In this document: positions 8,119 to 17,833 of the stretch, in pieces
Numbering within the stretch: the stretch's first letter is position 1
Layout of the letters: each line of letters begins with the position of its first letter
Assembly (NCBI GenBank): GCA_022709525.1
Contig: JAKLIQ010000010.1
Location: 3,390-67,389 of the forward strand
Length of the DNA stretch: 64,000 nucleotides
Direction: 5' to 3'
From: Candidatus Omnitrophota bacterium
GTDB taxonomy: Bacteria > Omnitrophota > Omnitrophia > Omnitrophales > Aquincolibacteriaceae
The notes under the pieces: model-generated
The model's input: the letters and a program-made list of their open reading frames with translations, nothing else
Database searches by the model: none
What the model was told of the DNA's origin: nothing
Made by a program: the position numbers and the translations under genes

Positions 8119-10227
8119 TTAAAGGGGATAATCCAGCGCTTCCGGGATCATCACATGCGCAACGGCTTCCGCGGCGCGGTCTTTGGAGAATCGAAGCCCC
8201 GCAAAAGCAACGTCATTTTTCGCGCGAAGACCGGCGAAAGCTTTAAGATCCGCGTCCGAAGCTGCGCAGGCGCAGCCTTTTGCCTGATAGCCGTAGACGA
8301 GTTCGGTGCAGATCCTTCCGACCTCTCCCGCGGCGCGGGCGGCCTGGACGCCGCAAAGATCTGAATAAAAATTCACGACGCCGAGCAATCCTTCGGCCAG
8401 CACGGGATTCTGCGGGCCCTTTTCCTCGAGCTCAAGCGTATCGAGGATAAGCTGACGCGCGCCCAAAAGCCATGCGAGCGCGTCCGTCATCGGGAACATG
8501 ACGCCCTGGCGCTGTCCGCCGTAAAGCGTTTTCCCGTTCGCGTCTTTGTGATTTTCGAGATACTCCAGCGACCAGAGCCATAGTTCCATGGCGCCGGCAA
8601 GCGCCTCGGAACCCATCTCGGGCTTCCGCTTGGCAAGTTCGCGAAGGTCACTGATCCAATTTTTGAATTGCGCGAGAAAGATCTCGTTGACCATCGTAAG
8701 ACTCATCTGGCGCCGCTGAACGCACTCCGGGCCTTCATAGGTCGCTTCAAGCTGCGCGTCGGACCATTTCTGCGTGAGAAATCCCGGGCAATCTTCGGTG
8801 ATCCCGTAGCCGCCCATCAAACTCACGGCTTCGCGCATCATGGTCGCTCCTTGGCCGGTGTTCCACAGCTTGCAGGCCGGGCAAAACACATCGGCAAGCG
8901 ATTCCTTGATAAGGTACTGGACAAGCAGGTCGCTTTCCAGTTCGGCAACGCGTTTTTTGTCGCGCTGGGACGCAGGTTTCGCCATAAGGTCGATATATTC
9001 GAGCGCTTTTTTACGAGGCTCCATAAAAGCCTTCATCTGCGCACGGGGACCTTTGATCCCTTGTTTTTCAAAAAGTTCATTTTTTTGTTGCTCCATCGGA
9101 TCGAACACGTCAAAAAGTCTGGCCGCTTCGAAGCCAAGCGACGCGCCGGCCTCGCCGGTCGCCCATACATCGACCAGGCGATGGCAAGGATCCTCTTTCT
9201 GCTGGATCCCGAGGTCGTAACGCGGGTTCCCGGGCGTTGCGGAATCGCCGCCGCGGAAACGCGTCCGCTGATAGCGAATTACGGGCTCGATCGCGGAAAG
9301 AAGTTTTGCCGTGGTCATGATCCCGACGGTCACGCGCGTGCGGCGGAAAACCGCTTCGATCACTTCGCTATTGTTGAAATTCGGGATGATCACGCCGTCC
9401 TTGACAGTGTAGCCGCCGATAATGCGGCTTGCGGGGACCTTGAGGCTAAAGATCGGATCATGCGTGCTGGAAAGCTGGTGCACGAGTTTCAAGGTCGGAG
9501 CACCGCGGTCATAAAGCCCCGGATCGCCCTCCTCGAGGATCACCATGCAGCTTGATTTGATGCGCGGATCGTCGGTATCGACCGAGGCGGTCACGAAGTT
9601 AGCATAGCCCATGTTCGTAATAAAACGGCCTCGTTTTTCGACCTGAAGGATCGGTTCTTTTCCTTCTTTCCACTCCGCAATACGGATCTTGCCGGAAAGC
9701 ATGCCGGCATCCACGCCGACATAAGGAAGCGGTTCGGTAAGTGCGAAGGAACCGCGGAGCATTTTCCGGCTTTCGCCCGGCTTCGGGGGCACGCAGCCGC
9801 CCATATATTTTTGGATCTGCTCGGGCGTCCCTTTTTCGTGGATCGGCTCAAGCGCAAGGTTGTTGGCGAGACTCGCGGTCGCAGCGCCCGCGTCCACCCA
9901 ACAAAGCTCAAAAGCGATCATGGCAAGCACAAGGTTTTTCGGCCCGGTAATATAGCCGCCCTGTTCCGGTTCCATGAAAGCGGCGGTAATGCCCGCTTCA
10001 TCGAAGGCCTTGAGCATGGCCTGTTTTTCAGGCGTCCAGTCGTGGGTATGACGCTGTTTATCCGCCACCATGCGGGCGATGACCCCGCGGGCCACGGAAC
10101 GGGCCGACTGGATCACCATTTGAAGATCATAACGGTCCGTAAAACGCCACATGATCTGGCGGACGTCATCCCCCGGAAGCGTGCTCATTAGGGCTCTTTT
10201 TTCGATATTGGCAGTGCTCATGGACAT
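8119..10227 (-). CDS. Acyl-CoA dehydrogenase family protein (long ~700-aa form)
   Basis: 702 aa with the ACAD middle and C-terminal domain architecture. The terminal segment (...QAARAAGEVGR...) resembles the C-terminal four-helix region of ACADs. It is translationally coupled to the ETF-QO gene across a 2-bp gap. Confidence 0.7.
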   Translation of the reverse strand: MSMSTANIEKRALMSTLPGDDVRQIMWRFTDRYDLQMVIQSARSVARGVIARMVADKQRHTHDWTPEKQAMLKAFDEAGITAAFMEPEQGGYITGPKNLVLAMIAFELCWVDAGAATASLANNLALEPIHEKGTPEQIQKYMGGCVPPKPGESRKMLRGSFALTEPLPYVGVDAGMLSGKIRIAEWKEGKEPILQVEKRGRFITNMGYANFVTASVDTDDPRIKSSCMVILEEGDPGLYDRGAPTLKLVHQLSSTHDPIFSLKVPASRIIGGYTVKDGVIIPNFNNSEVIEAVFRRTRVTVGIMTTAKLLSAIEPVIRYQRTRFRGGDSATPGNPRYDLGIQQKEDPCHRLVDVWATGEAGASLGFEAARLFDVFDPMEQQKNELFEKQGIKGPRAQMKAFMEPRKKALEYIDLMAKPASQRDKKRVAELESDLLVQYLIKESLADVFCPACKLWNTGQGATMMREAVSLMGGYGITEDCPGFLTQKWSDAQLEATYEGPECVQRRQMSLTMVNEIFLAQFKNWISDLRELAKRKPEMGSEALAGAMELWLWSLEYLENHKDANGKTLYGGQRQGVMFPMTDALAWLLGARQLILDTLELEEKGPQNPVLAEGLLGVVNFYSDLCGVQAARAAGEVGRICTELVYGYQAKGCACAASDADLKAFAGLRAKNDVAFAGLRFSKDRAAEAVAHVMIPEALDYPL

Positions 10228-10239
10228 TGATTCCTTTCT

Positions 10240-10399
10240 GTACTGTTCTCCATTTGATTTTAGGGGTTAACAGTACTGCCCAAGTCTTTATTTCTTTTTA
10301 TGAATGGCGACTTGGACTGCACTGATTTCTGATCATTTTTTATTAATGAAAATCAAGTGCTGTACCGCATACCCCTATAATTTTAAATATAATGCGGTA
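10240..10399 (-). promoter_or_regulatory. Second copy of the conserved cis-element pair: inverted repeat A (GTACTGTT-N21-AACAGTAC, 10240-10278, 13 bp upstream of the ACAD start codon) and inverted repeat B (TACCGCAT-N21-ATGCGGTA, 10363-10399)
   Basis: Inverted repeat A matches the etfBA copy over about 37 of 39 positions, including the non-palindromic interior CTCCATTT(T/G)ATTTTA(A/G)GGG. Inverted repeat B has the same half-sites as the first copy. Confidence 0.5.
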
Positions 10400-10510
10400 C
10401 TGATTGATGTTTCTATGAGATCGACCCTAGAGAAGGGATTATAGGGCTAAGTCCCTATAGGGAAAGTTTCGTTATCTTATTCACAGAAAGCCCAAGAGGC
10501 AAGGGAAAAA

Positions 10511-13012
10511 CTAGCCTTCCGAGCCAAGCACCTTTTTGAGCTTTTCGGCCGAAAGATCAAGCTCATCCATAAGCTGATGGAGATGGGTTTCTTCATTCCG
10601 GACCACCTGAGGGATCGCTTGGGGGCTTCCTTTCCAGGAACGGAAAAGAGCGAAAAGATCGTCTTGCGCCTTGCGCTTATCGATAAAAACATCGATCTTT
10701 TTGGCGAGCCGGACGATGGAAAGAAGCTTTTGGAGGATCTCGGGGTTCAGTTCCGCGATGAATTCCCTGATCCCCTTGCTGAGCTCGTCGCTTAAATACT
10801 GCGTGATCGGTTCCTTATGGATATGGACATCGAGCGCCTTGGCTGAATCCATGATCCGGTAGATCGAAAGCGTGCGTTTGGCCGGAAAACCGCGATCCCC
10901 CCAGTCGCGCACCGCCTCCATCATGCGTTTACTCAAAGTATGTTCGGCGGCGTAACGGAACTCGACCGGGATCGGCACGTTGATCGAGCGGTAGATCTCG
11001 TTCATGCGCAGGTTCTCTTCGTAAATATTTTCGTAGAAATTACTCACTTTCGCGATCGTCTCATGCGTGAGAATGCTGATGATCTTCGCGCGATCGCCGA
11101 GACGGAGGTCCTTCAAGGCGTAATAGGTTTCCCCGAAATACATATCGATCTTTTTGGAAAGATCCAGGATGGGAAGCTGATAAAGCGCTTCGAAAAGTCC
11201 CTTCTCGAGTTTTTCGAACTCTTCTTCGTTCACAAAGGGTTTTACCGAACAACGAAAATCATAGAACCCGATCTGAATGACCACGAACACAAGGTCCTGC
11301 TCTTCCAGGGTCGTCTGGGAGATCACACGGACCCTGCCGAAGTTCATGGTCACCGTGCCGAAAAATTCCTTGCGCTGGTGCTGGACATGCAGGTCAAAGT
11401 TGAAGATCTTCACGAGATCTGTTTTGGGGTCCTGGGCGTAGAAATTCTCAAAGATCGATCCGATGGCGTAATAACTGACGATATGATGGAGTGTGGCGAG
11501 CGCCGGCTTCACGAACTTCTCGTAGACTCCTTGTCCGTCCTTAAGAGATTCGATGTTGCTTTTGGCGAGCGCCAGATGCTCGAGAAAATCCCTTTCATAA
11601 TTCGCCCCGCTCACTTCCCTTGCAAGGTGAAGCGCGCGTGAGGCGTATTGCAAGATCTGAACCGTCTCGATCCCCGAAAGCTCGGAAAAGAACCAACCGC
11701 AACTCGTGTACATGAGCATAAGATTGCGCTGCATCTCCAAAAGCTTCAGGCAGATCGTGATCTCTTCTTTGGAAAGTTCGCGCACCGCATGACGGCTGAA
11801 AAATTCGCGGAGCGTTTCCGGATCGCGCTTCAGGATCACATGAATATAATCGTCCCTGGCGGCCCAAGCATCCTTCAGGTATTTGATGCCCTCTTTTTCA
11901 TAAACCTGTGAAAGTTCGTCGCGAAGCCAGTCAAGGGCCCATCGCAGAGGTTTGCGCCAGTGCTGGGTCCAATTGGCGGGGCCGTCCCCGCGGCAACCGC
12001 AGTGATCCTTCCATCGCGCGACGCCGTGCGAACAGCTCCAGGAGGTCCCCTCATTATTGTCCCCTTCGATCAGCCGCACTTCCTGGCGCGGGGGGTTCTC
12101 CTCAAGGAATTCCGCGTAATTCACGATCCGGTAGCCGCGCCTCGGGATCTCGACAAAAGTGAGATAAGCAAGCACGCGGTCGCCGTAGGCCTTATGATGG
12201 CCGTAAGTCTCGCCGTCTGTGGCAATGTGGATAAGCTGGGACCGTTCGTGTTCGACGATCGCGCTTTCAAGCCGCTGCATGAAATGTTTCGCGTCAAAAA
12301 GAAGGTTGTCGAAGCCGACCGCTTTGGAGATCGGGCCATCATAGAAGAAAATGTCGATATAAAGCGACGGGTTATTTTTCAGGAAATAGCGGTAAGGTTC
12401 GCGCGGATCGATGCGTCCGCCCATCACATCCTGCCAGGCGCCGCCTTCAAGCGGCCGGACGGCTTTGGCTTGATGCGGCGAGAGGATGATGAATTTGATC
12501 TTCTCGGCGACAAGGACTTCGAGCGTCTCTTCATTGCACGCGGTTTCGGGAAGCCAGATACTTTCCGGATAGCGCCCAAAACGGAAACGGAAATCTTCGA
12601 TCCCCCACCGGACCTGGGTCTTTTTATCCCGCAGGTTCGCGAGCGGCATGATCATGTGGTTATAGACCTGGGCGATGGCGTTCCCGTGGCCCCGGTGCGC
12701 CTCGCAGCTTGCCCGGTCGGCGCCGAGGATGCTCTGGTAAGTATCGGGGTGTTTGGCTTCAAGCCAGGAAAGGAGTGTCGGCCCGAAATTGAAGCTTGAA
12801 CGCTCAAAATTATTGACGACCTCGACGATCTTGCCCTTCGCGTCGAGGGCGCGGGCGCGGGAATTGGGATGATAGCATTCGTAATGGATGCGCTCGTTCC
12901 AATCGTGGAAAGGAGCAGCGCTATCCTGCTGTTCGATCTCTTCGATCCACGGATTTTCGCGCGGGGGCTGATAAAAATGCCCGTGCAGACAAATACAGAC
13001 TTCTTTAGCCAT
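10511..13012 (-). CDS. Glycoside hydrolase family 57 protein (alpha-glucan branching enzyme / amylopullulanase-like) with a long C-terminal extension
   Basis: The N-terminus ICLHGHFYQPPRENPW is the GH57 signature. The start is placed at MAKEV (ATG at 13012), which has an AAGAGGAAG ribosome-binding site. The ORF track's upstream ATG at 13054 lacks a ribosome-binding site. Confidence 0.8.
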   Translation of the reverse strand: MAKEVCICLHGHFYQPPRENPWIEEIEQQDSAAPFHDWNERIHYECYHPNSRARALDAKGKIVEVVNNFERSSFNFGPTLLSWLEAKHPDTYQSILGADRASCEAHRGHGNAIAQVYNHMIMPLANLRDKKTQVRWGIEDFRFRFGRYPESIWLPETACNEETLEVLVAEKIKFIILSPHQAKAVRPLEGGAWQDVMGGRIDPREPYRYFLKNNPSLYIDIFFYDGPISKAVGFDNLLFDAKHFMQRLESAIVEHERSQLIHIATDGETYGHHKAYGDRVLAYLTFVEIPRRGYRIVNYAEFLEENPPRQEVRLIEGDNNEGTSWSCSHGVARWKDHCGCRGDGPANWTQHWRKPLRWALDWLRDELSQVYEKEGIKYLKDAWAARDDYIHVILKRDPETLREFFSRHAVRELSKEEITICLKLLEMQRNLMLMYTSCGWFFSELSGIETVQILQYASRALHLAREVSGANYERDFLEHLALAKSNIESLKDGQGVYEKFVKPALATLHHIVSYYAIGSIFENFYAQDPKTDLVKIFNFDLHVQHQRKEFFGTVTMNFGRVRVISQTTLEEQDLVFVVIQIGFYDFRCSVKPFVNEEEFEKLEKGLFEALYQLPILDLSKKIDMYFGETYYALKDLRLGDRAKIISILTHETIAKVSNFYENIYEENLRMNEIYRSINVPIPVEFRYAAEHTLSKRMMEAVRDWGDRGFPAKRTLSIYRIMDSAKALDVHIHKEPITQYLSDELSKGIREFIAELNPEILQKLLSIVRLAKKIDVFIDKRKAQDDLFALFRSWKGSPQAIPQVVRNEETHLHQLMDELDLSAEKLKKVLGSEG

Positions 13013-13201
13013 AAGGACGATCTTCCTCTTTGCCCTGACTCTTTCTAGCATCAACGGCGGTCAGGGTTATCCTGATTTCCAGTCATATTTTAATGAAAAT
13101 CGGGGCTAAAGGTTAAAAGAGGCCCCTCAATATGCAAGGAGATTATATCACAGGAGAGGACGGGACCGAACGGAGAATCGGGGGAAAAGGCCAAAAATGG
13201 C

Positions 13202-14980
13202 TTAATACCGCGTATCGCTCCGGATCAAATTTAAAAGCTCGAGCGCCGAAGCTTCGGGCCCTTTGTGCTCCCATCCGGGAACTCCCAAGCGGGTGCGCAT
13301 CTGGCCGACAAAGAGCCCCTTAGCGAAAAAGGCCTCGAAGAATTTCTTGGCAAGGGCGTCATGTTCGTTCTTATACTGGACAGGCCCGAAGACGTTCGAA
13401 AAATAAGTATGCACCAGCCCGGTCGTTTTAGTGGTCCCCTTGCTCATGACAGCGCCGTCGCGGAATACTTTGATGGCTTCTTCCGGTGTTTTGAACCTTT
13501 CGATGATCGGGTGGTCCTCGTCGATATCTTCGTAATTGTTCGCATAAAGCACAAAATCCACGGGATGAGGATGGGTGACGTTCGCGTAGGTCGTGATCGG
13601 AAGCGCGATCCGGGCATTCACTTTCGACGGGCTCATGATGATGGCGCGGTCGATCTGACCGAGGGCGTAGCCCGGTTTCAGGTCGTCCAAACGCAAAAAA
13701 GCCCCTGTTTCTGTTCCGTATCCCGCGACGCTTCCGTCCGGTTTCAGCTCGAGAGAACCCATATCATCGGCGATCACGACGACATCCTGGATCTCCTCGG
13801 CTCCGAACCCGCGCATGGCCTCCAAAGTCTCGGATTTACCGGCCCCTGTGTCCCCGATCAACAGGATCGTGGCCGGTTTCTTGCCTTTCAGGAAGATCTT
13901 CATAAAAGCGCCGTGGAAAGGCAGGCGGCCCGTTTTGATGCGGCGGATATTATGGAGCGTCAGGATCATTTTTTTAAGATATCCGAAATAACCGAAGCGG
14001 TCAGAATCGGGAACGGCGCCGACAAGGATCCCGCTTTTTTCATCATCGTAAAATACCGTCGGAAAAACATGGGGCCACTCCAAAGATTTTTCGGGAGCTC
14101 CGTAGACATAAACGGCGTCCGGCGTCCGCTTCAGGTCCTCGTCGCTCGCGATCTCAAAAAGATTGCAAAGTGAAAGCCCCATTTCAAAAAATTTCTCCTG
14201 GAAATAGACCAGGATCACCAGATCGCCCGCTTTGACCGGATAACAAAGCCATTCGTCGCGCTTGAGATCGAACCGGCTGAGAGGATTTTCCTGGATCCTT
14301 TCGAACTTTCCTTCCCGGGTATTATTAAGTTGGTTCAGGACAAGGGGCGGATAAAAAAGCACTTGGCGGATGATGGGGATCGCGTTTAATTTCCCGTAAA
14401 GCTCCCCGGGATACGGAACCTGGGACGGGCAGGCGATCGCGGCCATTTCGGCGCCCGCGGCGACCTGGCGGTAGATGCGCGGATGCGTGCCGGTGATATT
14501 TTCCTGGATCTCGCGGTAAGTGCGGCGGACAAGATCGGTCAGATCCTCGATCGTATCGTTAAAAGTGCGAAAGGGACGTTTGTCGAAGTGCTCGTCCTCG
14601 GAATCGCAGATGATGAAACGGTCGAAGCTCCGCCAATAGTTATAAAGGTATTCGACAAGATCATTGAGGGCGTTTTTATCGCGGAGAAGATCCTCGGCAC
14701 CCGGCACAACGCGGCCGACAAGATCCACGGACATTTTCTCCAGAAATTCAAGTATTTGGATCAAAAGCCGGATGGTCGCATCGTTCACTTCTTTAGCTCC
14801 AAACACCTTCAGAAGCACGGATTTGCGCCGGCTAAGCGCCATGAGCGCGCGCTTGACGACCTCATAACAAAGGTCGCTCCGGAGCATCTCCTCAGCGGAA
14901 TCGCAGATCTGATTTTTCAGCCGGATGAAGACCTTTTTTTCGGCGATCTTGAAGGAACCGGCAAAGGAAGCGGGGCTCAT
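13202..14980 (-). CDS. HprK-like P-loop kinase-domain protein with a ~350-aa N-terminal domain of unknown function
   Basis: The C-terminal region reads RLPFHGAFMKIFLKGKKPATILLIGDTGAGKSETLEAMRGFGAEEIQDVVVIADDMGS...YGTETGAF. This closely parallels the HPr kinase/phosphorylase C-domain (G-D-S-G-x-G-K-S-E-T-A-L-E-L...VADD). The N-terminal 350 aa carry no motif I recognise. The gene is tightly linked, with an 8-bp gap, to the upstream NAD(P)H:quinone reductase gene. Confidence 0.5.
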   Translation of the reverse strand: MSPASFAGSFKIAEKKVFIRLKNQICDSAEEMLRSDLCYEVVKRALMALSRRKSVLLKVFGAKEVNDATIRLLIQILEFLEKMSVDLVGRVVPGAEDLLRDKNALNDLVEYLYNYWRSFDRFIICDSEDEHFDKRPFRTFNDTIEDLTDLVRRTYREIQENITGTHPRIYRQVAAGAEMAAIACPSQVPYPGELYGKLNAIPIIRQVLFYPPLVLNQLNNTREGKFERIQENPLSRFDLKRDEWLCYPVKAGDLVILVYFQEKFFEMGLSLCNLFEIASDEDLKRTPDAVYVYGAPEKSLEWPHVFPTVFYDDEKSGILVGAVPDSDRFGYFGYLKKMILTLHNIRRIKTGRLPFHGAFMKIFLKGKKPATILLIGDTGAGKSETLEAMRGFGAEEIQDVVVIADDMGSLELKPDGSVAGYGTETGAFLRLDDLKPGYALGQIDRAIIMSPSKVNARIALPITTYANVTHPHPVDFVLYANNYEDIDEDHPIIERFKTPEEAIKVFRDGAVMSKGTTKTTGLVHTYFSNVFGPVQYKNEHDALAKKFFEAFFAKGLFVGQMRTRLGVPGWEHKGPEASALELLNLIRSDTRY

Positions 14981-14987
14981 CGGATCC

Positions 14988-15572
14988 TTAAGCGGGCCAG
15001 CCCGCTGCGATCTGGGCGGCTTCCTCGAGCATTTTCTTGCGCTCTTCGTCGGTCACGGTCGGAACAGACCCGAAATATTTGTGACCGATCATCTCCATGC
15101 CGCAGAAGCGGAACGTTTCGTTATCGATGATCTGCTCCATGCTTTTGATCCCGCCGGAAGACTCGGCGACACTGAGCGGAGCGCCCATCGTGCTGAAGAT
15201 ATAAACTTTCTTTCCCGGCAAAAGCCCGACCGGGCCCGTGGGGCCATAATCGTAGGCAAACCCCTTGCTGAAAACGCGGTCAAGATAGCCACCGGCGATC
15301 GAGGGCATTCTCCCCCACCAGACCGGGTAAAGAAAAGTGAGCTGGTCGGCCCAGCGCACATGGTCCTGCTCGATCGCGATATCGCCCGGCGTTTTGCCGG
15401 CGAGGAATGTCTCGAAATCATCGGCCTTAAGGATCGGATCGAAACGCAGCGCATAAAGATCGCGGACCCGGAGACTCTGCCCCTTGTCCTTCAGGACCCG
15501 AACGATGGTTTCCTTGATCGCGTGATTGAAACTCGCGGGATTGGGATGGGCGTAAATGATCAAATGTTTCAC
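14988..15572 (-). CDS. Flavodoxin-like NAD(P)H dehydrogenase (quinone) (Flavodoxin_2 / DT-diaphorase family)
   Basis: 194 aa. The N-terminus MKHLIIYAHPNPASFNHA and the overall layout match the FMN-dependent NAD(P)H:quinone oxidoreductase family. Confidence 0.7.
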   Translation of the reverse strand: MKHLIIYAHPNPASFNHAIKETIVRVLKDKGQSLRVRDLYALRFDPILKADDFETFLAGKTPGDIAIEQDHVRWADQLTFLYPVWWGRMPSIAGGYLDRVFSKGFAYDYGPTGPVGLLPGKKVYIFSTMGAPLSVAESSGGIKSMEQIIDNETFRFCGMEMIGHKYFGSVPTVTDEERKKMLEEAAQIAAGWPA

Positions 15573-15584
15573 GGCAGGATCTCC

Positions 15585-16544
15585 TTATGATAAACGATCG
15601 GCATTTTTGAGGAACCAGGACACGGTGCGCCGAAGCCCTTCCCGGAAGCTGACGCTCGGCCGGTAACCCAATAAACGACGCGCCTTGCCGATATCGGCGA
15701 AGGTGCGGCGGACATCCCCCGCGCGTTTGGGCGTGTGCCGGACCTTGACTTTCTTGACGCCGAGAACTTGCTGGATCCCGCGAAGACAATCGATCACGCG
15801 GGCCTCGGAATGGCTCCCGATATTGAAAGCCTCTCCGGCGATACCGGGCCTTTTCATGGCAAGCAGGTTTGCGGCAACGACATCATCCACATAAACAAAA
15901 TCGCGGGATTGTTTTCCGTCCCAATGCACTTCGGGGGGTTCATGGTCCAGGATCTTTTTCAGAAAAATGGGGATCACGTTCGCGTAGCGCGACCGGGGAT
16001 TTTGACGGGGGCCGAAAACGTTGAAATAACGGAGCGAAACTGTTTCAAGCCCGTAGAGTTTAGAAAAATTCCGGCAATAATATTCCCCCATGACCTTGGA
16101 GGCGGCATAGGGCGATTCAGGTCTCGGAAGATCTTCTTCGGTTGAGGGGAATTTATCCGTTTCGCCATAAACCGAGGACGATGAGGTAAAAACGAAACGC
16201 TTCACTTTCGCCTTCAAGCTCGCCTCTAAAAGCCGGGAGGTGGCTGTCACATTGATGTCATGAGTTTTCCGCGGTTCGGCCACGGATTCGGGCACCGAAG
16301 CGATCGCCGCCAGATGAAAGACATAGGAAACCCCATGAAGGGCTTGCCGGAGCTTCCGCTCGTCGCGGATATCCCCTTTAATGAATTCGATCCTGGAAAG
16401 CATATGCGCCAGGTTCTCCCGCTTCCCCGTCGAAAGGTTATCCAGGACCCGCACGCGAAAACCGCGGCGAAGAAGTCCCTCGGCAAGATTGGAGCCGATA
16501 AAACCGGCGCCGCCGGTGACAAGACAAATCTCTTTTTTTCTCAT
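15585..16544 (-). CDS. NAD-dependent epimerase/dehydratase (UDP-sugar 4-epimerase family)
   Basis: The start is set at MRKKEICLVTGGAGFIGSNL (Rossmann GxxGxxG), at the ATG at 16544. The YAASK catalytic motif is present. The longer track ORF, starting at 16652, would overlap the upstream gene by 83 bp. Confidence 0.8.
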   Translation of the reverse strand: MRKKEICLVTGGAGFIGSNLAEGLLRRGFRVRVLDNLSTGKRENLAHMLSRIEFIKGDIRDERKLRQALHGVSYVFHLAAIASVPESVAEPRKTHDINVTATSRLLEASLKAKVKRFVFTSSSSVYGETDKFPSTEEDLPRPESPYAASKVMGEYYCRNFSKLYGLETVSLRYFNVFGPRQNPRSRYANVIPIFLKKILDHEPPEVHWDGKQSRDFVYVDDVVAANLLAMKRPGIAGEAFNIGSHSEARVIDCLRGIQQVLGVKKVKVRHTPKRAGDVRRTFADIGKARRLLGYRPSVSFREGLRRTVSWFLKNADRLS

Positions 16545-16569
16545 ACGAGAGGATCTTTCCTGGATAAGA

Positions 16570-17802
16570 TCAAATTTCGCTGGCGGTATCGCCCGGTCCA
16601 AAAAGACACATCCGTTGGATCTGGATGCCTTTGGCCAGAGCGGCTTTGGCAAAATCCGGAGCGACGGCCCCGCCGTTCCAGATCTGGGCTGATTTCTTGC
16701 CGAGGCTCTGACGGAAACTAACGGCTTTTTCGGTCACGCGGCTCCCAAGCATGGAGCTATTGAGATAATCATACGCGGTGATGAGCGCCGTCATATCCTG
16801 GTTGGCAAGAATGATCCCCTCGGGGATTAAAACGAGCTTCATGCCCCGGGGATTGTTCCCGATGGAATCCGCGGCGATCTGGGTTTCGTGAAGGATCTTG
16901 TCGGCCGGGATCTCGGAAACGGCGGCGATCGCGGCATCCAAAAGAACCTTATAACCTTCCACGCGACTGAGCTTTTCGAGATAAAGCCGCATGTAAGTCA
17001 ATTCGCGGGGGGTATAGTAAGGGTGATTCAGGAATTGAAGCGCCTTCTCTTTCGGAAAACCTAAGGCCAGCAAGGCCTTCTGGTTCATCTGAAAAAGATC
17101 CGTACGGTCATAATTGTTGACCATTTCATCAGCGGCGCTATTGATATTGCTGACAGTCACCACAGCCGAAGCGACCAAGCCGACGGGGGCAAAAAAAGTG
17201 GCGACCGCGACAATACCCCTGCCTCCGAGCCGCGCCTTGGCCATGGAATCAAGTTTCGCCTGGAGCTGGGGGTTGCGACTGTAAACGTCGACGCCGAGCT
17301 GCTTGGCCAGCTGGCGCTTTGTGGCGCTCAGATAATTATCCCCTTTTTCGCCTTCTTCCTTTTTGCGAAAAGCGCCGCCGATCCGGCCACCAAGCTTGCC
17401 GATCCCTTTACCGATCCCTGATACCGAGTCGACCGGATGAACCGCTAAATTCTTCAATCCCGTTCCGGTGTCCTTGATCGAATCTACGGCCCCATCAGCG
17501 ATCCCGCTGCCGGCGTCTTCTTGCTGAGCGTTGAGCTGTTCGATCACATCGATCTCATGAAGACATTTGCGGAGATTTGCTAAGCCGTGAACCAGATAAT
17601 TTCCATGCGGAGAAGAAACCGAAAAGGTCAAAAAACCGGGATACTGCCCGTTCTCCTGAACGGAAACGATCTTGCCGTAAGGGGACTGCCCGGGATAAAA
17701 AGTTTTCGGGAGCCGGAGATCCTGCATCGTCACCGCTCCGAAAGAAAGTGTTTGTGAAAAGAGCAGGCACAAAGCTGTCAACAAGCCGAGTTTTCTTTTC
17801 AT
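16570..17802 (-). CDS. Secreted hypothetical protein (signal peptide, Gly-rich segment)
   Basis: 410 aa. The N-terminal signal peptide is MKRKLGLLTALCLLFSQTLSFGAV. There is a GIGKGIGKLGGRIGGA glycine-rich tract. I recognise no catalytic motif. Confidence 0.45.
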   Translation of the reverse strand: MKRKLGLLTALCLLFSQTLSFGAVTMQDLRLPKTFYPGQSPYGKIVSVQENGQYPGFLTFSVSSPHGNYLVHGLANLRKCLHEIDVIEQLNAQQEDAGSGIADGAVDSIKDTGTGLKNLAVHPVDSVSGIGKGIGKLGGRIGGAFRKKEEGEKGDNYLSATKRQLAKQLGVDVYSRNPQLQAKLDSMAKARLGGRGIVAVATFFAPVGLVASAVVTVSNINSAADEMVNNYDRTDLFQMNQKALLALGFPKEKALQFLNHPYYTPRELTYMRLYLEKLSRVEGYKVLLDAAIAAVSEIPADKILHETQIAADSIGNNPRGMKLVLIPEGIILANQDMTALITAYDYLNSSMLGSRVTEKAVSFRQSLGKKSAQIWNGGAVAPDFAKAALAKGIQIQRMCLFGPGDTASEI

Positions 17803-17833
17803 AAAAAGAGACCTCGCTAAGTCGGGTTATTTT

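Noticed and set aside
13132-13323. 63-aa plus-strand ORF in the GH57/HprK-like intergenic region
   Set aside because: It overlaps the 3' end of the HprK-like gene in antisense and has no ribosome-binding site and no motifs. It is most likely spurious.
16545-16652. 36-aa N-terminal extension of the epimerase ORF. Similar extensions occur on the fba ORF (19235-19261), the porin ORF (3269-3361) and the rpmB ORF (57832-58143).
   Set aside because: The extensions overlap the upstream gene or lack a ribosome-binding site. Internal ATGs with good ribosome-binding sites and conserved N-terminal motifs (GGAGFIG; L28 C..C...P..GN; signal peptide) give canonical lengths.
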